DNA from: Octopus vulgaris
Taxonomy: Eukaryota
Assembly: GCA_951406725.2 (NCBI GenBank)
Contig: OX597838.1
Span: 27,156,001-27,220,000 of the forward strand
DNA: 64,000 nt
Reading direction: 5' to 3'
Part shown: piece after piece, positions 23,599-35,345 of the stretch
How positions within the stretch are numbered: the first letter of the stretch is position 1
Layout of the letters: each line of letters begins with the position of its first letter
Position numbers and translations under genes: made by a program
The notes under the pieces: model-generated
The model's input: the letters and a program-made list of their open reading frames with translations, nothing else
Database searches by the model: none
What the model was told of the DNA's origin: nothing

Positions 23599-26500
23599 AG
23601 CCGACTACAGCTGCTATAATGGTACGATTATAATTGTAACAGCAATGATGGCCGTCTCCCCACGAGCCAATCAAAGCTAAAAAATGATAACATTATCGTA
23701 GCACCAAAATGTTTTTGGAAACTAAAAGGAAAACTAAATCAGTATACCAAATCGCTTGTCCTATGGTTAATCTGGAAGCGCGTCCCCCAGGGAAGAGCCA
23801 GCCTGGGATCGAAAAGTCATCAACTGGCACAAACTCTTCTCCGAATACGGACATGGATGGTCACTTGAATGGGAAATCCCCCAACTCAAGCCCTCCAAGT
23901 TCACCACCACAACCACCACAGAAAGAAAAATGTAAGTGGAACAAATGGACCCGAGAAGAGTATAAAGAAGTAATATACGCTTATTACTATGCATTAGGTA
24001 GGCCATCTCAAGAGAGACACACCCCAAACTCTTACAGTATATGGAGAACACGGAATCAAGACAGTAGGCCCTATTTGGACGAGAACAAATTAGCAAATGT
24101 GAGGAGGGATATCCTAAGAAATAACAGACTCACAGACAGTGAAATAAGCGCGATCAAGCACGCAACGGAAAATGACATAAATATAAGACACAAAGGAAAT
24201 GAAGAATCAGATGAACAGTATAGCCCGCCACGAGGCTTAATTGAAAGACTGCCATCTGACCAAAGTATGCAAAGGCCTGAAGATACAAGAAATTCTATTG
24301 TACCTGTTAAAGATAGCCAGGAAAACGAAAAAACAACAGTAACTGAAGATCTCGCATTTGCTGAAGAACACAGAGAGTCTATGGCAGAAATGAGGCAGAA
24401 AATCCTGAATACGCTTGAGGTTGTAAGACATACAAGTATGAATGATAGAGAACCACTTCATAAACTCTCAAATACAAAGCAAAATAAAAAACAAATCCAA
24501 ATTGGCAACTATGTAACAAATGAAATAATACGAGAATTAAAACCTGATTTTACTGAGTTAAATGAAATTATTTACGCTTCTGCTAGGGCAATTGAAACCA
24601 GCTGTATGCCCCCGAAAAAACAAAGAAAACAAAACCTGGGAAGAAATCAAACCTGGAGAAGTAAAATTGAAAAAGAGATTGAATTTATGAGAGGGGAAAT
24701 ATCAATATTAAATGAACTAATATGTGGAAATGATGTAAGATCCAGAACAGGAAGAAAGATGAAGAGAAAATTTGGATCCTCACCAAGAGAAGAACTGATA
24801 TCAATAAAAGAAACGCTGAAACAAAAAGTCCAAGCAAAAGCCCAAAGAATACGAAGATTTGAGAAGAGAAACAAGTTTTACAAGCAAAATAAGCTGTTCA
24901 CATCCAATGCCAAAAAATTCTACAGAGAAATAGGGAAGGAGAAAGTAACCGTTAAAGACCCCCCTCCCATGGAAGAAGTTCAAAACTTTTGGAAAAGGAT
25001 TTGGAGTGACAAGAAGACGTACAACATAAATGCAGACTGGATTATACAAACTGAAGGATCCTACCAAAATTTACAACAAGCATGGGAAGACATCACAATA
25101 GCAGACCTAAGAAAGGCACTCACGAAGGCCCATAATTGGAAATCCCCCGGTAAAGATAGGGTGACGAATTTCTGGCTCGCATCGCTCCCATGCGCACACG
25201 GTAAACTAGTTCAGCTGCTCAATGGAATTATGGGATACCCAAAGAAAACACCTGAATGGTTAGCAAGTGGCATTACTTACCTACTCCCAAAGAATAACGA
25301 AACCAACCTTCCAAAAAACTATCGGCCTATAACCTGTCTATCCACCACGTATAAAATCCTAACATCTATCCTGGCGGAGAAAACATATGCATTCATGGAA
25401 AAGAACGATATTTTCCCCATTGAACAAAAATGGTGCCGCCGAGGCTCTTACGGATGCAAAGATCAACTGCTAATCAATCGTATGATCCTTGAGAACTGTC
25501 ACAACAAGCGCAGAAATCTCAGCACCGCATGGATTGACTATAAAAAGGCCTTCGACAGTGTACCGCATCCATGGACATCTTCAAAATTTCCCCTGTGATT
25601 TCAAACTTCCTGAAGCACAATATGTCGTTGTGGAATACGAATCTCCAATTATACCACTCTAATGGAGTACTTGCCTCAGAAAATATAAACATCAACTGTG
25701 GAATTTTTCAAGGTGACTCACTTTCACCTTTAATATTCTGCATAGCCCTAATACCCCTTACAAGTGAATTAAACAGAACAGGGTATGGGTATAAAATTGC
25801 CAATAAAAAAATAAGCCATCTATTTTATATGGATGACTTAAAACTTTATGGTAAAGACAATAATGAACTTGAAGGCCTATTGCGCACCGTGAAAGCATTC
25901 AGCGATGACATCGGGATGGAGTTTGGACTTGAGAAGTGTGCCAAAGCCACTTTCCAGAAAGGGAAAGTGAAGACCACAAATTCAGTCATGTTAGATGTTG
26001 ACACAGTCATAAGAGAGCTTGAGCAAGAACAAACATACAAATATTTAGGGATAAATGAAGGCTCTGGTATTCAGCATGCAAGCATGAAAGAAGATCAGGA
26101 AGGAATGTTATAGGAGAGTTCGTGCAGTCCTGAAATCTGAACTAAATGCACGTAACAAGGTGTTAGCTATAAATTTCTTAGCAGTTCCAGTTGTTACTTA
26201 TAGCTACAATGTGTTGAACTGGAATATGAGTGAAGTAAAGAATATAGATAGGAAAATACGCAAGCTGCTGAGTTGTAATAGGATGCACCACCCAAAGGCA
26301 GACGTAGATCGCCTTTACCTTCCCAGAGCCCAAGGAGGTCGAGGCCTGATCCAATTTGAACTAGCTTACAAAACAACCACAATTGGACTGGCCAAATATC
26401 TCGAAATATCGAATGACTGGATGCTAAAGCTCGTGGAAAATCACGAGAGATGAAAGAAGCTTCATTCTATTATAAAGGAAAGCAAAAAATTTGCTATTGA

Positions 26501-27554
26501 TCTCATGCAGGATACCCAAACTGAACAACCCGAGGGAAGTACGGCAACTATTGTTGCAAAGAAGGTGAAAATGATGGCAACGAAAAAAGCGCACGAGCAA
26601 TTGGCTGATAGGTGGGAGGAGAAACCTCTGCATGGCAAATATGTGACCCGCAGCAAACAAGCTGATGTTGACCAGAAGCAAACCCATCAGTGGCTACGGA
26701 GCTCAGGGCTAAAAGCAGAGAGCGAAGGTTTCATCCTGGCTGCTCAAGATCAAAGCCTATTAACCCGGAACTACCAGGCCAATGTGATGAAAAATGGAGC
26801 AGACCCAAAATGCCGATTCTGCAACGACATGATTGAAACAGTGGACCACCTAATCTCTGGATGTAAAGTCTTAGCACCAGTGGAGTATAAATTAAGACAT
26901 GACAGAGTTGGCCAATATCTACACTGGCTAATAAGTCGGCATTACAATATCAAAACTGCCGACAAGTGGTATAATCAGGACCCTGAGGCTGTAACTGAAG
27001 GAGAAAATGTAACCATTCTGTGGGACTTTCCAGTACATACAGAGTGAACCATCAAGGCCAATAAACCAGATATTGTTGTGAAAGACCAAAACAATAAAGT
27101 TTGCTTATTGATCGACATGAGCATCCCCTGTGATCATAATATCTCAGCGAAAGAGTTTGACAAGCTCAGAAAATATAAAGACCTACTCATTGAAATTGAG
27201 AAAATGTGGCATCTCAAGGCGGTTACAATACCAACGATCGTAGGAGCACTAGGAATGATCAAGAAGGGAACCGAAAATTATATGAGAATGATCCCTGGCT
27301 TACCATCCCTGCAAGAAGTGCAAAAGATTGTCTTAACTGGTACATCACACGTATTGAGAAGAGCATTGTCGATGTGAGAACTGTTGCTGCTCATGTATTT
27401 TAATTTAACTTAAAAAAAAAAAAAAAAAAAAAATGAACGAACTATTGAGTTTGGTTTAATGGCCTACCAATGTATACTATGAGTTTCTTTGCCCTAGGAG
27501 TCGGGAAGACACTCGGCAAGAAATGGAAGCAAATTTGAAAGAAGAAAAAAAAAG
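23599..27554 (+). mobile_element. Near full-length non-LTR retrotransposon, RLE type (R4/Dong clade)
   Basis: Single ORF with N-terminal domain, RT, CCHC knuckle and PD-(D/E)xK nuclease; short UTRs; TAA-rich tract upstream and (TAA)n tail 27555-27637. Confidence 0.9.
23709..27377 (+). pseudogene. RT-RLE polyprotein, disrupted
   Basis: KSPGKD, YRPITCL, AWIDYKKAFDSVPH, GIFQGDSLSPLIF, FYMDDLKLY, YKYLG, CRFC..ETVDHLISGC, RHD, KPDIVV, LIDMSIP, KLRKYKDL; frameshifts near 25570 and 26090; TGA stops at 26451 and 27045. Confidence 0.92.
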
Positions 27555-27571
27555 TAATAATAATAATAATA

Positions 27572-27613
<42 letters not shown>

Positions 27614-27637
27614 GAAATAATAATAATAATAATAATA

Positions 27638-27915
27638 AAGAAAGTTGAGATGTATCTGAACCTAGCCGAGGAGATGAAGAGATTGTACAAGACAAATATG
27701 ACAATTGTTCCTATAGTAATTGGTGCCTTTAATATAACACCTGAACTGCTCCCTGAGAGGTTGAAGTCTATTGGAAGTGAGACATGCATTGCTGACCAGC
27801 AGAAAAGGGCCATCCTGTATTCTGCAAGAATCTGAAGAAAGATTCTAGATATTTGAGGAGACTTGTTGCTGCCAAATTTGAGATAACATTCCTGCTAATT
27901 AAATTAGCATGTAAT
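27638..27915 (+). pseudogene. Divergent RLE-LINE 3' fragment
   Basis: KKVEMYLNLAEEMKRLY...IVPIVIGAF...QKRAILYSARI*RKIL, starting directly after the (TAA)n tail of the full-length element. Confidence 0.7.
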
Positions 27916-27942
27916 TACTTTTTAATAGTAACAACAAAAATA

Positions 27943-27987
<45 letters not shown>

Positions 27988-28025
27988 ATGATGATGATGA
28001 TGATAATTATAATAAATAATAATAA

Positions 28026-28100
28026 TATTGTTTTAACTGGTACATCACGTATATTGAGAAGAGTATTGTCACTGTGAGAAGGATTATCTTCCTTATAAAT
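28026..28100 (+). pseudogene. Very short Dong-type 3' fragment
   Basis: IVLTGTSRILRRVLSL* closely matches the C-terminus at 27327-27377. Confidence 0.65.
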
Positions 28101-28185
28101 ATTATTTTTTTGCATAACTTTATTTGATTTTGTAAAGGAACAATCTGATGTATTTATTTTAATGGCCTGTCAATGTATACAGTGA

Positions 28186-28244
<59 letters not shown>

Positions 28245-28276
28245 ATATATATGTATATATATATGTATATATATAT

Positions 28277-28535
28277 GGAGGTGCAATGGCCTAGTAGTTA
28301 GGGCAGTGGACTTGTGGTGGTAGGATCGCAGTTTCGATTCCCAGACCGGGCGTTGTGTGTGTTTATTGATTGAAAACACCTAAAGCTCAATGGGGCTCTG
28401 GCAGGGGGTGCTGGCGATCCCTGCTGTACTCTTTTGCCACAACTTTCTCTCACTCTTCCTTCCAGCGGGATGGCATCATTTGAAGGCTAAAGCAATGCGA
28501 AGCGCAACATCTGATACCCTGGTTGGTCACGGTGA
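28277..28535 (+). mobile_element. tRNA-derived SINE family D
   Basis: TGGCCTAGTAGTTAGGGC (A-box-like), GTTTCGATTCCC (B-box-like); second copy at 58066-58376. Confidence 0.75.
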
Positions 28536-29213
28536 GATATATATATATATATATAGTGGGGTTGGGGTTGTTTGTTTCTAGTGCACTGTGAAAACATGTC
28601 CAAACTAATGGGAAATATACCTTACCTGGGAAACAGGTGACAGGAAGGACATCTGGCTGTAGAAAATCTGCTTCAACAAATTCTGTCCAAGCCATGCCAG
28701 CATAGAAAAGCAGATGTTAAAATGATGATGATGATGATGATGATGATTACTTTGTCCAATTTTTCATATGGGGATTTGGCATCATAGCAGCAGCAGCAGC
28801 CGTCCAAGAATTTGGACCTAGAGATCTCCATTTCCAGCGACTTTGAGGCCCAGCTCCCAGTGGTGTCGGGCATTAGCGAAGAGCCCTTGACTACAACAAG
28901 ACGACCAAAGTTGTTTTTTTTCCAAAGGTCTGGGGTCTCCCACCCCTAAGCCCTGTTACCCTTACCCGGCTTGTTGCTTAACAACAACAACAACAGCAGC
29001 AGCAGCTGCAAGGGTGAGGGGGAATTCTCCTTGAGAAAGCTCCTTGGGCTACATGACATTGACGTCTGATTTTAAACCAGAAGGCATTTAGTCCTAATGC
29101 TTTGCCTAGTCTAAACCAACTGACCGCACTAAATCTTACAACAAAGTGACCCAAATGTAGCATGAAAGCTATTTAGTATGAGTTTATGTGTTTTGTTTAT
29201 CCTTCAAACTCAC

Positions 29214-29493
29214 CAAATATGCAGAATATATGTTCTTTATTTTCTGTGTCCTTTTCTTTCTTTCTTTCTCTTGTTCTTATCTCAAATGTAAAATTTATAT
29301 TTCCTCTCTTGGCAAAGCTACAACAGATTGGCTGGTCTGTTAAAAATGTCCCTCGAGGGAACGGTGATGTGGTGAAAGGTTGTTGGAAGTGCTGGTTGTA
29401 GTGATGGTAATGTTACCGATGGGCAAATGATCAAAATGGCTGTTCTCTACATTAGGTTGTTCTTATATAAGCATGAGGTGTGAGATTTTCTTT
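29214..29493 (-). other. Candidate non-coding exon
   Basis: Unique sequence between acceptor TTTTTCACTTAATACAG and donor TTG|GTGAGT; stops in all three frames. Confidence 0.25.
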
Positions 29494-29618
29494 CTGTATT
29501 AAGTGAAAAATTTCACAAAGTGTTGTGATGTTCATACATTTTCTAATAACAGTAACCTTTTTGATACCAATCCATCCGAGGCCATCACTGGTTTCATCAT
29601 ACAAATTCCAGTTTCATA

Positions 29619-30030
29619 GGCGCAGGAGTGGCTGTGTGGTAAGTAGCTTGCTTACCAACCACATGGTTCCGGGTTCAGTCCCACTGCGTGGCATCTTGGG
29701 CAATTGTCTTCTGCTATAGCTCCGGGCCGACCAATGCCTTGTGAGTGGATTTGGTTGACGGAAACTGAAAGAAGCCTGTCGTATATATGTATATATATAT
29801 ATATATGCATGTGTGTGTTTGTGTGTGTTTGTCCCCCCTAGCATTGCTTGACAACTGATGCTGGTGTGTTTATGTTCCCCATCACTTAGTGGTTCGGCAA
29901 AAGAGACCGATAGAATAAGTACTGGGCTTACAAAGAATAAGTCCCGGGGTTGATTTGCTCGACTAAAAGCGGTGCTCCAGCATGGCCACAGTCAAATGAC
30001 TGAAACAAGTAAGAGAGTAAAAGAGTAAAC
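29619..30030 (+). mobile_element. SINE family A, full length
   Basis: Same architecture as 12391; further copies at 36214-36606 (+) and ~21309, 30292, 33768, 35575, 44950, 51700 (-). Confidence 0.85.
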
Positions 30031-30033
30031 GAG

Positions 30034-30254
30034 TAACCTTTTAACATTCACATTACTCTGTCAAATGTAATTTATTCACAACGTTTTGAATCAGTCATTC
30101 ATTATCTCAACATTAAGATTTTAGTGATGTGATTGTATACTTTTAGAATGACATTGTAAGGTAAGTGTGAAAAGCCAGATCTGGCCAGTTTGAACATAAA
30201 GCAAGATAGACTGTTTGGGGCTGGATAGGGCCAGTTTACATGCTGATGGGTTAA
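30034..30254. mobile_element. Decayed piggyBac-like MITE, second family
   Basis: TAACCTTTTAACATT...ATGCTGATGGGTTAA, degenerate TIR with TTAA. Confidence 0.4.
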
Positions 30255-30534
30255 AGCGATGTAAATTATAACCTTCCATTGAAATTTCATACTCTCTCTT
30301 TTACTTGTTTCAGTCATTTGACTGTGGCCATGCTGGAGCACCGCCTTTAGTCGAGCACATCGACCCCAGGACTTATTCTTTGTAAGCCTAGTACTTATTC
30401 TATCAGTCTCTTTTGCTGAACTGCTAAGTTATGGGGATGTAAAAACACCAGCATTGGTTGTCAAGCGATGTTGGGGTGGGGTGGGGGACAAACACAGACA
30501 CACAAACACAGTCACACAAACATATACACACACT

Positions 30535-30573
<39 letters not shown>

Positions 30574-30728
30574 GACAGGCTTCTTTCAGTTTCCTTCTAC
30601 CAAATCCACTCACAAGGCTTTGGTTGGCCCGAGGCTATAGTAGAAGACACTTGCCCTAAGGTGCCACACAGTGGGACTGAATCTGGAACCATGTGGTTTG
30701 TAAGCAAGCTACTTACCACACAGCCACT

Positions 30729-30803
<75 letters not shown>

Positions 30804-30912
30804 TCAATATCAGACTTATTTTCTTAAACCAAAGTTTAATAAATTTCATCAAATAAAATAAACGAATCAGATTGGATGTAAAAGTGGATTAAGTTTTCAT
30901 TTCATATTTCAG

Positions 30913-30963
30913 TTGTTTTCGTAAATAGAACATCACAAAGGTTGAATTTGTCCTCTTCAGTAG
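30913..30963 (+). CDS. Candidate 51-nt symmetric (phase 1) coding exon, product unknown
   Basis: TTTCATTTCATATTTCAG| ... TAG|GTGAGA; only the phase-1 frame is open (VFVNRTSQRLNLSSSV). Confidence 0.25.
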
Positions 30964-31150
30964 GTGAGATTTAAGTAAAATAAAAAATAAACAAAAAGAC
31001 ATTTAAAATATGCATAGGATTTTTTCAGGTATTTGTATATTCAATCTTCCACTCAGCATTATTTGAATCTTGACGGAAAACATTGAAAGACTTGGCTGAT
31101 TACGTATTTAATATTTATATTTTTGACTTCTTCGTTATTAAAGCAAATAT

Positions 31151-31437
31151 ATAAAGGGCAAATACCCTGAAACTAGTCTGCAGATGCCTGACCAGCAAAG
31201 GGAAGTGGCTGACCTCCCCTGTTCGAAGGTTATAATGGACACAGTGTGTCACATAGCTAGCTAAAGGCGATGGCCTCTCGGAGCTAATCAACGTCAGCTT
31301 TTGTCCTATATTTATGGACTGTCATATTAGCTTGACGATAACTATTAATATCCAGTACTGCTGCCGTAGTCTCCTTTAGAAAGACTTAGAAATAACTAGC
31401 ATTATGACCCGTCGTTGCTGGGTCATAGTGCTAGTGC
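31151..31437 (+). mobile_element. Diverged third member of the 360-bp HHR repeat family, 5'-truncated within the HHR core
   Basis: ATAA-AGGG(caaata)CCCT-GAAA-CTAG-TC; downstream blocks GGCTGACCTCCC, GGACAC..GTGTC, GGAGCTAA and CAGTACTG are colinear with subfamilies 1 and 2. Confidence 0.55.
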
Positions 31438-31529
31438 ATGTATATATGTGTATATATATGTGTACATATTACATGTACATGTATATATATACATCTATAC
31501 ATAAAATACAAAATACAAAGTTATATCTT

Positions 31530-31745
31530 GATATCGCTAGTGATAACAAAACTCAAAATATATAACAGACTGGAATTGTAGGCCCGTCTCTTGCAATTTC
31601 GATAATTTTTTTTGCCCATGAAACTACATGGACCCTAAGTAAGGCATGTGTAAAATTTGAATGAAATTGGTTGTGTAGTTCTCAAGTTTTAGTGAAACAC
31701 ACAGACAGACAGATACACATTCTCAGTTTTATATATATAGAAGAT
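31530..31745 (+). mobile_element. Non-autonomous Helitron/Helentron-like element
   Basis: AAATTTGAATGAAATTGGTTG...ACAGACAGACAG...TTTTATATATATAGAAGAT resembles DINE/HINE-type 3' ends. Confidence 0.35.
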
Positions 31746-31784
31746 AATATTTCTATTAAAGCAAATATATATCTATTTAAAAAA

Positions 31785-31920
31785 AACTCGTCCATACACA
31801 TCACATAACCATACCAGCACAGTTGTCTTTCTTGCATACTACATCTGATTCTTCTTGTGCCTAACTTTTCATTCAAAATGCTTACACTCTGTTGAACATG
31901 CACACTGACATTGCATGTAA
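31785..31920 (-). pseudogene. RTE LINE C-terminal fragment
   Basis: LNEKLGTRRIRCSMQERQLCWYGYVMCMDE (cf. RRLRWYGHV motif). Confidence 0.6.
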
Positions 31921-32460
31921 ATGGACACTCATAGATGGGCTACAGAGCAGATTCCATCATCAGGTTGATCTAACATAGTATTGTTTCTCAAACTGGTATT
32001 AAAGATATTTGCCATCTGTACCTGAAGCCACATAGCTTTTAAGATAACTTCTTAACTACATAGACATGCCTGTAACTGTAGATAAAAAGAGACAGAAGTA
32101 TATTCTGTTAAGGACACACAGGTAGGTAAACACAAAGTTTCTGTTGCCAGCCCTATGGTGATATAATGTATATGTAACAGGTGTAAAGAATTTGATTGTT
32201 TGGAAGTAAAAGAAAATTGTTGCAACCGTGGGAAAAAAAAAAATTATTGCTGGTCAAATTTTAGGTTCACACACAACAAATACACAGGCACACACAAATG
32301 TATGTACAGGTACATGTATACACAAGTATCTGTCTATCTATCTATCTATTTATCTATCTATCTGTCTATCTACCTATCTATCTGTCTATCTATCTGTCTA
32401 TCTGTCTATCTATCTATCTATCTATCTGTCTGTCTATCTATCTATCTATCTATCTATCTG

Positions 32461-32535
<75 letters not shown>

Positions 32536-34694
32536 CTGCATATATGTATACATACACAACACACAGACACATGCACTTACACACACACATAAATGTATGT
32601 ATGTATATCTATATACAATTTTTCTGAATTTTCAGATTTTTCTATATGCTAGGCTACTGGTTTTAAATTGATGTTAATTAAATTGATATTCAATTTATTA
32701 CCCTCATTATTTAAATTTTATATATATATATATAAAAAAAAAAAAAAAAAAGAAAAGAAGGAAGTGGAAATTTTACCGGTGAGTGTGTTAAATTATAAGG
32801 CACAAAAAGAAAATGACTCTCTCCCCAGACACCACAGAATATGCTTCAACACACGAACTCACATAAAGAATCTTGCAAACCAAATCCCAAAACGAAATAT
32901 ATATATATATATTCTGTCTACCCTCTCAGGACCTTATAAAGTTCAATTTCAAGTTTCACACACACACACACATTTATACATATATATATATATGTGTGTG
33001 TGTACATATATAACATTAATATGTGTTTAATTATATGCATATGTATAATAAACTGACTTTATGAGGTGCACGCGGAAGAGCAAGGAGCCAAATAACAACA
33101 TATCTACTCGTTCTTAACACATTCTGGCAGATTCAAATATGAACACGTTAATTATTGTTTTGCATCATTGGAGAACACCTCCTCTCTTTAGACCAGGTGT
33201 ATCAAACTGCAGAGTCCCTAAGGGCCACATTGCTCACATACACATTGCCATAGGGGCCACCATCAACTGTATTTCTTTCATCTTTTGTTTTTTACATATT
33301 TCAGTTTATAGTTTGTGGCCATACTGTAGTATCACCTTGAAGAACCTTAGCTGAACGAATCAACCCCAGTACTTGTTTTTGAAAGCCCTTTACTTATTCT
33401 ATCAGTCCCTTTTGTCAAACCGCTAAGTTACAGGAACGTAAATGTACCATCACCAGTTGTCAAGTGGTGGTGCAGGACAAACAGCAACACAAAGACACAC
33501 ACATACACACACATTCACACACACACACACATACACACACACACACACACACATACACACACACACACGGCAGGTTTTTTTTCAGTTTCCATCTCCCAGA
33601 CCCACTCACAAGGCTTTGGTCAGCTTAAGGCTATGCTAGAAGAAGACATTTGCCCATTGGAACTGAACATGGAACCATATGGCTGTAAAGCAAACATCTT
33701 ACCACACAGCCATGCCTGGTAAATTTCATTGTATGAATTCTTTAAAATGAAACAAAAATCATATCTCTCTCTTTTACTTGTTTCAGTCATTCAACTGTGG
33801 CCATGCTGGAGCACCGCCTTTAGTCGAGCAAATCGACCCTAGAGCTTATTCTGTGTAAGTCTAGTACTTATTCTATCGGTCTCTCTTTTGCCGAACCGCT
33901 AAGATACGAGAATGTAAACACACCAGCATCGGTTGTCAAGCGATGTTGAGGGGACAAACACAGATACACAAACATATATACACATACACACACACACATA
34001 TATATATATATGTATACATACATATACGATGGGATTCTTTCAGTTTCCGTCTACCAAATCCACTCACAAGGCTTTGATCAGCCCAACGCTATAGTAGAAG
34101 ACACTTGCCCAAGGTGCCACTCAGTGGGACTGAACCCATGTCATACACACACACATACACACACACACACATACATACATACAAGCATACACACACATAC
34201 ATACATACAAGCATACACACATACAAAAAACATACATACATACATACAAGCATACACACACATACAAAAAACATACATACATACATACAAGCATACACAC
34301 ACATACAAAAAACATACATACATACATACACACACATAAAAAAAACATACATACATACATTTCTCAGATTTAAAATGTGACATCATTTCTGTTATCTCCA
34401 TTCCAAAGATGGAGTTTTGCGTCTTTGTTAGAGACCAGTTCCTTTTTCAGAGGAAGAATTTAAATGATTAAATACAGAAGAGACATACATACATACATAC
34501 ATAATTATGTAGGCAGAGTTAAAATCCAAGCTGCATTCTCTTGAAGTACATCTACTTATTCCAATATTCTAACTCTGTATGTGGTTCTTGTATTTACGTG
34601 AGGTAGGCATTAGAGTGGAAGATTCTGGAAATATGGTTTGCAGAGTAGTTATATATCAAAACAGGAGGTAAGAAAAAATGTTTGGTATTATTTA

Positions 34695-34796
34695 TTCACC
34701 ATTACAGATGTTTCGTTTGCTAATAGGAATTACAAAATTGTACATGTAGGATAAACACGTAGGAAAATTCCTATTAGGAATTCTTCAGACAGAGAA
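34695..34796 (-). ncRNA. Hammerhead-like motif with long stem II
   Basis: TTCTCTGT-CTGAAGA-..CTAATAGGAATT...AATTCCTATTAG..-GAAA-CATCTG-TA-ATGGTGAA; base of stem II mismatched. Confidence 0.5.
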
Positions 34797-35034
34797 TCAA
34801 GTAATACAAAATTTAATGCTTGCTTTTCCACGCTTGCACAGGTCAGATGAGATTGGTTGAGGCAGAGCTGTTTACAGCTGGATGCCCTTTCTGTCACCAA
34901 CCCTCACCTATTGTCCATCACTTATAGGAGGGTGATGCTCATTTACAACCATCGTATGATGTCAAGACAGGGGTACACACACACACAAATGGTGGTTTTT
35001 TTTTTACTTTCTGTTTACTAAATCCACTCACAAG

Positions 35035-35345
35035 CTGCGGCTGAATGGCCAGGTTGCCAGTTTACCCGATGGCAAGTGGGCCCATGCCATTAGAATCCAT
35101 ATATGGAAGCCTATGTTAGTATCTAAGGGGCTCATTCCCTCAAGTTTGAGAATTCTTTATTCACTCCTGGAAGAATGCATTAATTATTTCAACCAGGCTG
35201 TGTTTGTAGACAGTTGAAAAAAAAAAAAATTTAACAAAAAAAAAAAAATTTTAACAAAAAAAAAAATGAAATGACAGCATTGTAGTTGTGGGTGGGCCTT
35301 CTTAGTCTCCTGGCAACCAATATTTTGAGACCCAGTCTGCCACTG
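35035..35345. mobile_element. hAT-type MITE inserted in a family A SINE
   Basis: 8-bp TSD CTCACAAG (35027-35034, 35346-35353); imperfect TIR CTGCGGCTGAATGG / CCAGTCTGCCACTG. Confidence 0.75.

Noticed and set aside
23599-23708. HDV-like ribozyme in the LINE 5' UTR
   Set aside because: A CGT-CTCCCC-ACG hairpin resembles P3/L3, but I could not find matching P1/P2 strands.
28277-28350. tRNA gene (also 58066 and the heads of SINE families A and B)
   Set aside because: The tRNA-like A/B boxes continue into repeat bodies without a proper acceptor stem or terminator; these are SINE heads.
28785-29060. Coding-looking CAG-rich stretch (QQQQPSKNLDLEISISSDFEAQLP...)
   Set aside because: Short, with no convincing splice sites or recognisable domain; cannot be supported as an exon.
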